Below are positions 57,901 to 64,000 of a stretch of DNA of 64,000 bases, piece by piece (position 1 is the first letter of the stretch; each line of letters begins with the position of its first letter). This stretch comes from Patescibacteria group bacterium. Lineage in GTDB: Bacteria > Patescibacteriota > Patescibacteriia > UBA1558 > GWA2-36-10. The stretch is from contig JAHJQF010000001.1 of NCBI GenBank assembly GCA_018819405.1, forward strand, positions 577,377-641,376, given 5' to 3'. The notes beneath the pieces are model-generated. The model was not told the origin of the DNA, ran no database searches, and saw only the letters and a program-made list of their open reading frames with translations. Both the position numbers and the translations under genes were made by a program.

Positions 57901-58184
57901 ATATTGAAGAAAAAAATATGACGCCACTTGAAGCAGTGGCTGATGCTGGGGATACAAGACTTCAACCTATTTTGTTGACTACCATTACTACTATTATGGG
58001 TGTAATACCCTTGGCCTTTGCCAATGAATTTTGGGTAGGACTGTCTATTTCTATAATTTTTGGTTTGGCTTTTGCTACTGTCATACAGCTATTTGTCATA
58101 CCAATGCTTTTTGTCAGATTTGAAGGCAAGAAAAAAAATAAGAAAGACAAGGCAGATATTCCTGAAGTACAATATTCTAAATAA
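54987..58184 (+). CDS. RND efflux permease (AcrB family)
   Basis: YPGASPADVE, GLLVDAFIVVLE, GVNDAIVL, RLQPILLTTITT. Confidence 0.95.
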   Translation: MNENNIENKKDEAKNKFAHQAIIRTRKSFKGYFITHFRVIILMISAIVIMGALALASIPRESDPEVKIPIAVVTTVYPGASPADVENLVTDEIENRLEELDNVKLITSASRNSISSITVEFEAEANLDDSIRELKDKVGEVTGLPGDAEDPVVTQIRANDYPIITFSLSGDLTDNQFKQLGEIVQDELEGISGVSKVPLLGVRDKEFSVLVDKTALSRLNLSLSTIVGAIRASNLDMPLGNIDIDDLHYNIRSVGKLNDIDNLKNVVVANNNGQIVLLKDIAQVNEQFVDRSNISRISIAGETTQENISLQIYKKTGGNILDIVDSAKAKVNMLSDEKVIPDNVKIEINSDYSSFIRDDLHTLGSSGIQATILIFIIMFIALSFKEAIIALLAIPLSLLITIIALYFSGYTLNSMSLYALVLSLGLLVDAFIVVLEGIFHNIREGYSSKDAALLSVAHYSGPVTSGMLTTVAAFFPMLLVSGILGEYLKIFPITIGITLTASLFVSLILVPSFASIFLKKSQFVGTAKESILEKYVTNKLRRLYRKNITIFLRSKKSKFRFSIILTILFVASLGLLVTQTIPVQLFPKMDADFAYVDIKMPIGTNLETTSQLVSQIEEKLYKYPEIKNFVSTIGQSSSIGSFDPSRSSEHLANISIDFVDKKERSKKSYDIVDSIREDIKTINEGDISITELSGGPPTGSPIEARISGEDLLVLDSISNKVKNILENTEGVINVSSNQDLSPADLTFTLNKETVAKSGLTVADVSNLLRTAIFGVTATEISQDNNDLDVVVKLDKNKIDSVEQIKNLSLINNYGQEVKLSYLADFSLEPALATIRHRDFERTISVSADLASGYTAAKVVPGIEELVAQENIAHGYRVDFGGEVEDIQQSFTELWNAMIVAVILILIILVLEFDSFIRTGIILMSLPLMLIGVVVGMGIFGLPFSFMVFLGLVSLAGIGVNDAIVLMDKTKRNIEEKNMTPLEAVADAGDTRLQPILLTTITTIMGVIPLAFANEFWVGLSISIIFGLAFATVIQLFVIPMLFVRFEGKKKNKKDKADIPEVQYSK

Positions 58185-58220
58185 AAAAGAAAAGCCGCCC
58201 CAGTATTATGCCGGGGCGGC
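58184..58220. terminator. Terminator between convergent genes
   Basis: A-tract + GCCGCCCC ... GGGGCGGC. Confidence 0.7.
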
Positions 58221-58261
58221 AGGTGAGCAGTTGTGACTTGCTCAGGTCTGATGCCGGAGGA

Positions 58262-58864
58262 CTAACCTCTGGTTTTTTGGTTGAAGCGTAGTCTGGTTAC
58301 AGCTATCGCTATAGTACCCTGTAGCAGGATCAGCCAGATGCCGGTGATCAGGTGCCCGTCGAGCAGGCTGCAAAAAGTAGCAGTGACGGCCAATGCCCAG
58401 GCCAAGAGGTCTTCTTGTTTTTTTTCCACAAGGACCTTTTTGAGGATGGGTAAGGAGGCAGCACTGATACCCGCCAAGGCGCAAGCAGTAGCAGCCAGAG
58501 GGCCGACAGACAAGTAGAGGGCAATAGATATGCCCACAAATATACTGCAGCCTGTTTCCAGCTTTGACCAAGTGGCGTATCCGTATTTCAGGGTGAAAAG
58601 GGCTACAGCCAGTGTGCCAATATTATACTCAATCATCATCGGGTCAAGGATGCCATTACTGAGCTGGCTGCCCAGAATGACAACGTCGAGCGCCATGTAT
58701 AGAAACCAAGACGAGCGAGGAGGCGGTGGCAGTGTACCCTTGACCATGGCCACGATAAAGCGCAAATGCACTATCGCGGAAAAGACAAAGGATAGTAGGC
58801 CAAAGAGCCTTACTTCGATAGGATAGCCCCGAAGGGCCGTGTCTATCACGACAGGATTCCACAT
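58262..58864 (-). CDS. GC-richer multi-pass membrane protein (PQ-loop/SWEET-like topology)
   Basis: About 7 TM helices; PPPRSSWFLY, LPILKKV...EDLLAW; SD GGAGGG; minus-strand TTGACA-N17-TATATT at 58942-58914. Confidence 0.6.
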   Translation of the reverse strand: MWNPVVIDTALRGYPIEVRLFGLLSFVFSAIVHLRFIVAMVKGTLPPPPRSSWFLYMALDVVILGSQLSNGILDPMMIEYNIGTLAVALFTLKYGYATWSKLETGCSIFVGISIALYLSVGPLAATACALAGISAASLPILKKVLVEKKQEDLLAWALAVTATFCSLLDGHLITGIWLILLQGTIAIAVTRLRFNQKTRG

Positions 58865-59012
58865 ATTGTAGACCCTCCAGGGTTTGGGTGTTGTCAGTGA
58901 ACTTTAACTTTGTAATATACAATATATTGTCTATTTTGTCAATATTATATAATTAATACCTTGTAAAATCTTTGTATTTTAGCTATTATTTAATAAGCTA
59001 ATTTTTTTATTT

Positions 59013-60302
59013 ATGGAAAAAGTATTTATAAATGATTTATCACAATATGTTGATAAACAGGTAGAAATAAATGCCTGGGTAGCCAATTTTCGCTCATCAG
59101 GCAAGATTTCTTTTTGGCAATTGAGAGATGGTTCGGGTTATACTCAGGCTATACTCAATCAGGCTGATTTTTCTGAGGACAAATGGGTGGAATCTCAAAA
59201 AGTAACTCTGGAAACGTCAGTCAAAATAATGGGCGTTGTAGCCAAACATCCCAAAAAAGAAGAGTATGAACTGCATGTCAAAGATTTTGATTTTTATCAA
59301 ATTGCCCAGGATTATCCAATATCAAACAAAGAACATGGGCCAGAATTTTTGATGGACAATAGGCACTTGTGGCTTCGCTCTTCCAAGCAGTGGGCTATCC
59401 AGAGAGTGAGAAATACTCTGATTCAGGCGACATATCAATACATGAAAAATAATAATTTTATCAAGATTGATTCGCCGATTCTTACACCAAATGCCTGCGA
59501 AGGAACAACTGAGCTTTTTGAAATGGATTATTTTGATACCAAAGCTTATCTTTCTCAATCTGGTCAACTATATTTGGAGTCAGCTATTTTTGCTCACAAT
59601 AGAGTCTATGATTTTGGTCCGGTATTTCGAGCAGAAAAATCCAAAACCAGACGTCATTTGACAGAATTTTGGATGATGGACGCTGAAATGGCTTTTGTAA
59701 ATCTTGATGACAATTTAAAAATTCAGGAAGATTTGATTCGTTTTATGGTGCAAGCAGTTTTGAAAAACAACCAAGCTGATTTGCAGATACTGGAGAGAGA
59801 CATCAAACCGCTGGAAAATATTAGCAAGCCATTTCATAGAATCACACACAGCGAAGCTATCAAAAAATTGCAAGCTATGGGAAGTGATATCAAAGATGGC
59901 GAGGATTTGGGAGCTGATGATGAAACAATGCTGACCAAAGAATTTGACAATCCAATATTTGTGACCAATTATCCGGCCAAGATAAAGGCTTTTTATATGA
60001 AGAGAAATGCTAAAGATGATAGCCTGGCCGAATGTGCTGATTTGCTTGCTCCAGAAGGATACGGAGAAATAATTGGTGGTAGTCAGCGTGAAGATGATTA
60101 TGATGAGCTCCTAAAGAGAATAAAAGAGCATCATTTGCCAGTTGAAGAATTTCAGTGGTATTTGGATTTAAGAAAATACGGTAGCGTACCACATGGTGGT
60201 TTTGGTTTTGGTTTGGAGAGGATTGTAGCTTGGGTAAGTGGTATCCAGCATGTCAGAGAAACCATACCATTTCCAAGGACGATTTATAGGCTCAGGCCAT
60301 AA
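59013..60302 (+). CDS. asnS: Asparagine--tRNA ligase
   Basis: LRDGSG, RHLWLR, YLSQSGQLY, FRAEKSKTRRHLTEFW, YGSVPHGGFGFGLER. Confidence 0.97.
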   Translation: MEKVFINDLSQYVDKQVEINAWVANFRSSGKISFWQLRDGSGYTQAILNQADFSEDKWVESQKVTLETSVKIMGVVAKHPKKEEYELHVKDFDFYQIAQDYPISNKEHGPEFLMDNRHLWLRSSKQWAIQRVRNTLIQATYQYMKNNNFIKIDSPILTPNACEGTTELFEMDYFDTKAYLSQSGQLYLESAIFAHNRVYDFGPVFRAEKSKTRRHLTEFWMMDAEMAFVNLDDNLKIQEDLIRFMVQAVLKNNQADLQILERDIKPLENISKPFHRITHSEAIKKLQAMGSDIKDGEDLGADDETMLTKEFDNPIFVTNYPAKIKAFYMKRNAKDDSLAECADLLAPEGYGEIIGGSQREDDYDELLKRIKEHHLPVEEFQWYLDLRKYGSVPHGGFGFGLERIVAWVSGIQHVRETIPFPRTIYRLRP

Positions 60303-60311
60303 TCGGCTTTT

Positions 60312-60387
60312 GCCGAGATAGCTCAGTTGGTAGAGCAGCGGTATCGTAAACCGCGGGTCGCAGGTTCGACTCCTGTTCTCGGCTCCA
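60312..60387 (+). tRNA. tRNA-Thr (CGT)
   Basis: GCCGAGA/TCTCGGC acceptor, GCGGT-ATCGTAA-ACCGC anticodon arm, CCA end. Confidence 0.93.
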
Positions 60388-60414
60388 TTATTTTTTAAAT
60401 AAGTAAATAAAAAT

Positions 60415-61830
60415 ATGCAAAGAAGCAAAACTATTGAAACAGTTGGAAAAATAGGTGAAAATGTCCAGCTCTTTGGTTGGGTCAATGTCCGCCGTAATAT
60501 GGGTAAAATTGTCTTTCTTGATTTGCGAGATCGTTGGGGCATACTACAAGTAGTAGTTGTACCATCTGAGCTAGATAAAGACTCTGAAGAAATTTTGGCT
60601 AATATTAGACCTGAATATGTTTTATCTATTCAAGGTTTGGTTCAAAGTAGAGGAGCTAAACAGATTAATAAAGATTTGCCAACTGGTATGGTGGAAGTTT
60701 TGGCCAAAAAGATAAATATATTGTCCAGTGCCGAGACACCGCCTTTTGAAATAGACAATGAAGAACGTCAGGCCAATGAAGAATTGAGACTCAAATATAG
60801 ATATCTTGATTTGAGACACGAGCGCATGAAAAAAAATATCTTAGTCAGAGACAAGGTTTTTGCCTATTTACGTAATTATTTGCATGACAATGATTTTATT
60901 GAAATTCAGACTCCTATACTTTCCAAATCAACTCCGGAAGGAGCTAGAGATTATTTAGTACCGAGTCGTTTGCATAAGGGCAAATTTTTTGCTTTGCCAC
61001 AAGCCCCACAGCAATACAAGCAGCTACTCATGGTGGCTGGTATGGAAAAATATTTTCAGATTGCTCCATGTTTTCGTGATGAAGATGCCAGAGCTGATAG
61101 AAGCCCAGGTGAATTTTATCAACTAGATATGGAAATGTCTTTTGTCAAACAAGAAGATATTCTTAATCTGGTAGAGAGTATGTTTACTGCCATGGTAGAG
61201 GAGATATTTCCAGAAAAGAAAATGACTTTTAGTCCTTGGCCACGATTAAACTACAGTGAAGTAATGGAAAAATATGGCTCTGATAAGCCAGATTTGAGAA
61301 AAGACAAAAATGATCCAAATGAATTGGCTTTTGCCTGGGTAGTAAATTTTCCACTATTTATGCCACAGACTGATGAAGACAGATTTGTCGGCGCCGGGGA
61401 CACTTGGGGCCCGGCTCACAATATGTTTACAGCACCCAAAGAAGAAGATGTTGCTTTGCTAGATTCTGATCCAGGCAAAGTCAGATCATACCAACATGAT
61501 TTGGTACTCAACGGTTTTGAAGTAGGTGGGGGAGCAGTTCGTATTCATGATATGAAAATTCAGGAAAAAGTCTGGGATTTGATTGGTTTTACAGATAAAC
61601 AAAAAGAACAATTTAGACACTATTTTGAAGCATTCAAATATGGTGTCCCACCACATGGTGGTATTGCGCCTGGTTTGGAAAGACTTTTGATGGTACTCTT
61701 GGGTGAAAAAAACCTCAAAGAAGTAACAGCCTTTCCTTTGACTTCAGATGGGCGGGATCCGATGATGGAGTCTCCATCAGAAGTAGACAAGTCTCAACTT
61801 GATGAACTTGGTCTAGAATTGAAGAGATAA
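60415..61830 (+). CDS. aspS: Aspartate--tRNA ligase (bacterial type, lacking GAD insertion)
   Basis: RLKYRYLDLR, TPEGARDY, ALPQAPQ, CFRDEDARADR, YGSDKPDLR, PPHGG. Confidence 0.95.
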   Translation: MQRSKTIETVGKIGENVQLFGWVNVRRNMGKIVFLDLRDRWGILQVVVVPSELDKDSEEILANIRPEYVLSIQGLVQSRGAKQINKDLPTGMVEVLAKKINILSSAETPPFEIDNEERQANEELRLKYRYLDLRHERMKKNILVRDKVFAYLRNYLHDNDFIEIQTPILSKSTPEGARDYLVPSRLHKGKFFALPQAPQQYKQLLMVAGMEKYFQIAPCFRDEDARADRSPGEFYQLDMEMSFVKQEDILNLVESMFTAMVEEIFPEKKMTFSPWPRLNYSEVMEKYGSDKPDLRKDKNDPNELAFAWVVNFPLFMPQTDEDRFVGAGDTWGPAHNMFTAPKEEDVALLDSDPGKVRSYQHDLVLNGFEVGGGAVRIHDMKIQEKVWDLIGFTDKQKEQFRHYFEAFKYGVPPHGGIAPGLERLLMVLLGEKNLKEVTAFPLTSDGRDPMMESPSEVDKSQLDELGLELKR

Positions 61831-61873
61831 TTTTAAAATATAGATAAAATTAATATATTGTCCTCAACTCGTA

Positions 61874-61949
61874 AGTCCCCGCCAAAGAGCTATGCCTCAG
61901 CAATCTACCAGACTGGAGAGCTCTTTGGCGGGGACTCTTTCTTTTTTTT
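61874..61949 (+). terminator. Long-stem terminator after aspS
   Basis: 18-bp perfect stem AGTCCCCGCCAAAGAGCT/AGCTCTTTGGCGGGGACT + T-tract. Confidence 0.85.
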
Positions 61950-61976
61950 GACAAAATCAATTTTTTATATTATAAT
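61948..61976 (+). promoter_or_regulatory. Consensus sigma70 promoter
   Basis: TTGACA-N17-TATAAT. Confidence 0.85.
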
Positions 61977-61982
61977 TCTCAA

Positions 61983-62149
61983 GAATTCAGTTCCTATTCA
62001 TTTCATCGCATCATGCTGCAGAGTTGGATCCCCAGCTCCAATCCTGACGGCATGGCCGTCGTACTAGAAGCGTGCTCCACAAGAGTATTTCGAGACGCCT
62101 CTTACGATGGCACCCAGGGGTTCGGCAATCGTCGAACCCCTCTTTTTTT
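61983..62149 (+). ncRNA. Putative structured non-coding RNA of unknown family
   Basis: Own promoter; GC-rich nested stems; own terminator AGGGGTTCG/CGAACCCCT + T7. Confidence 0.6.
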
Positions 62150-62150
62150 G

Positions 62151-62179
62151 TTGAAAATAAAAACTAAAAATGTTATAAT
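62151..62179 (+). promoter_or_regulatory. sigma70 promoter of scpAB
   Basis: TTGAAA-N17-TATAAT with extended -10 TG. Confidence 0.7.
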
Positions 62180-62213
62180 ATTTGTGAAATTCTTAATTTT
62201 TTTATTATAGCCA

Positions 62214-62918
62214 ATGCATAAAATTCAGCTTGAACAATTTGAAGGGCCGCTTGATCTCCTGCTAAAACTAATAGAAAAAAATAAGTTACAAATCACAGAA
62301 ATTTCTTTAGCTAAGCTTACTGATCAATATCTCTCATATATAGAAAATACTGACAACTTGGCTTCCACTGAAGTGGCCGATTTTTTGTTGATTGCTTCTA
62401 AACTTATTTATCTAAAATCAAAATATCTTTTACCTGATCTTGATGTAGAAGATGAGCAGGGTGCTGGTGATCTGGAAAAACAACTCAAAATATATCGTCA
62501 GTATTATGAAGCCAGCTTGGCTATCAATAAAATGTTTTTGAGTAAAAAGAAATTTGCTTATCATCGTATGGCTAGCTACAAACTGCCTCAAGACCAAGGA
62601 TTTTCACCACCACAAAATGCTGATCCATATTCTATGAAAGAGGTTTTTTTATTGGTTTTATCCAAAATTGAAAGAGTGGTCAACTTGCCCAAGATGGTTA
62701 TTGCTAGGGCTATTTCTATAGGAGAAAAAATATCACATATTCAGGAGATGATAAAAAGTAATACCAAATTTAATTTTAAAAAGCTTTTGCAAAAAAACGA
62801 TAAGACAGAGATTGTAGTCAGTTTTTTGGCGCTTCTTGAATTGGTAAAAAGAAAAGAAATTAATGTAGATCAAGAGGCTCTTTTTGGTGATTTAAATATT
62901 TCAAAAAACAATAAATAA
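62214..62918 (+). CDS. scpA: Segregation and condensation protein A
   Basis: FEGPLDLLL, ADFLLIASKL, VVSFLALLELVK. Confidence 0.95.
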   Translation: MHKIQLEQFEGPLDLLLKLIEKNKLQITEISLAKLTDQYLSYIENTDNLASTEVADFLLIASKLIYLKSKYLLPDLDVEDEQGAGDLEKQLKIYRQYYEASLAINKMFLSKKKFAYHRMASYKLPQDQGFSPPQNADPYSMKEVFLLVLSKIERVVNLPKMVIARAISIGEKISHIQEMIKSNTKFNFKKLLQKNDKTEIVVSFLALLELVKRKEINVDQEALFGDLNISKNNK

Positions 62919-62919
62919 T

Positions 62920-63474
62920 ATGGAAAAAAATAAACTATCAGAACTCGAAAGTTTACTTTTTGCATCAGGCAAGGCAATGACTTTCAAAGAGTTAGAAAAT
63001 TTTTTATCCGCCAAAACCGGAGAACTGGAGGAGATGCTAGAATCTCTAAAGCAAAAATTCAATAATGACGAGAGTGGATTACACATCAATATAAATAACA
63101 AAAAAGCCCAATTTGTTTCTAATCCGAAAAATGTCACCACTTTGCGTAAATATTTTAATGATGAATTAAGCGGTGAGCTAAGCAAGCCATCTCTGGAGAC
63201 GCTGACTATCATTGCTTATCGTCAGCCTATTTCCAAAGAAGAATTGGAACAAATAAGAGGAGTCAACTGTTCTTTAATTTTGAGGAATTTACTCATCAGG
63301 GGTTTGGTGGAAGAAAGTACTCAAAAGGGTGATTTATCAGCCAAATATTCAGTTACCATGGATTTTTTGCGTCATTTGGGTATCAACTCGGTCCAGGAAT
63401 TACCTGATTATGAAAAATTAAATAGTGACGATAATTTACAAAAATTACTTGAAGATGGAACAGAAGAAAATTAG
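62920..63474 (+). CDS. scpB: Segregation and condensation protein B
   Basis: ESLLFASG, LSKPSLETLTIIAYRQPI, IRGVN, FLRHLGI..V.ELP. Confidence 0.95.
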   Translation: MEKNKLSELESLLFASGKAMTFKELENFLSAKTGELEEMLESLKQKFNNDESGLHININNKKAQFVSNPKNVTTLRKYFNDELSGELSKPSLETLTIIAYRQPISKEELEQIRGVNCSLILRNLLIRGLVEESTQKGDLSAKYSVTMDFLRHLGINSVQELPDYEKLNSDDNLQKLLEDGTEEN

Positions 63475-64000
63475 ACTAGCTAAGTTTTTGTCTCAGGCCG
63501 GAGTTGCTTCTCGTCGCAAGGCAGAAAATTTGATAAAACAGGGCAAAGTAAAAATTGGCCTTCATATAGTCAAAGATCTGGCTACAAGTGTCCCCGAAAA
63601 TAGTCAGGACATTTTTGTAAATAATAAAGCTGTAATTTTAGAAAAAAAAGTTTATTATCTTTTGAATAAACCGACTGGATATGTTTGTTCGGTCTCAGAT
63701 CCGCATAATAAAAAAACAGTCATGTCATTGGTACCAAAAGAGCCAAAAGTTTTTCCAGTCGGACGCTTGGACAAAGATTCGCAAGGATTAATACTTTTGA
63801 CCAATGACGGAGACTTGGCTCACCAGTTGACTCATCCAAAATTTGAAGTAAAAAAAACTTATTTGGTTACTGTAGATAAAATTTTGACTAGAGATATTGA
63901 ATCAAAATTAAAAAAAGGTATCAGTTTGGAAGAAGGTTTGGCCAAAGTGGATAAACTGAAAATTTTGTCCAGCAAGAAATTGGAGATTGTTATTCATCAG
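63455..64000 (+). CDS. rluB: rRNA pseudouridine synthase (RluB/RsuA family), 3' truncated
   Basis: Read by hand: MEQKKIRLAKFLSQAGVASRRKAE, LNKPTGY, VFPVGRLDKDSQGLILLTNDG. Confidence 0.9.
   Translation, partial: MEQKKIRLAKFLSQAGVASRRKAENLIKQGKVKIGLHIVKDLATSVPENSQDIFVNNKAVILEKKVYYLLNKPTGYVCSVSDPHNKKTVMSLVPKEPKVFPVGRLDKDSQGLILLTNDGDLAHQLTHPKFEVKKTYLVTVDKILTRDIESKLKKGISLEEGLAKVDKLKILSSKKLEIVIHQ

Noticed and set aside
62013-62210. 65-aa ORF over the putative ncRNA
   Set aside because: Runs through a strong terminator and the scpA promoter; no SD or protein features.
1-64000. Alternative genetic code (TGA=Gly, as in Gracilibacteria/Absconditabacteria)
   Set aside because: Core genes read full length in code 11, and uppP and rsmH end at TGA.

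Overview
AT-rich bacterial chromosome segment using the standard code (TGA used as stop). Gene content and style suggest a Patescibacteria/CPR (Parcubacteria-like) genome; this is inference, not a database result. 1-11.8 kb is an accessory island with a polymorphic-toxin locus: a signal-peptide mini-Rhs with a CHAP tip plus a membrane partner, a 2170-aa SpvB/FG-GAP/Rhs protein with an Ntox28-like tRNase tip plus CdiI-like immunity, and orphan remnants. The rest is mostly core: pgk-eno-gpmI-gpmI, uppP, manC, mltG, rplJL with an L10 leader, mraZ-rsmH-ftsL-PBP-murF, rplU, recR-ybaB-dnaB, argS, a P-type ATPase, an ABC exporter, PIF1 helicase+Smr, NuoF-like + [FeFe]-hydrogenase, an ECF sigma pair, an RND pump, asnS, aspS, scpAB, a partial rluB, and five tRNAs. 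Top observations: (1) an Asn-rich leader peptide with overlapping antiterminator/terminator directly upstream of tRNA-Asn, i.e. an apparent ribosome-mediated attenuator controlling a tRNA gene; (2) five isolated GC-rich, Shine-Dalgarno-led ORFan cassettes (one resembling an outer-membrane beta-barrel) among native genes mostly lacking SD; (3) a MITE-like CCCGTTA(G/A)A repeat family whose ends supply start codons; (4) a stand-alone structured ~165-nt RNA; (5) 5'-end duplications upstream of two tRNAs. All calls were made by eye from sequence motifs; no searches were run.
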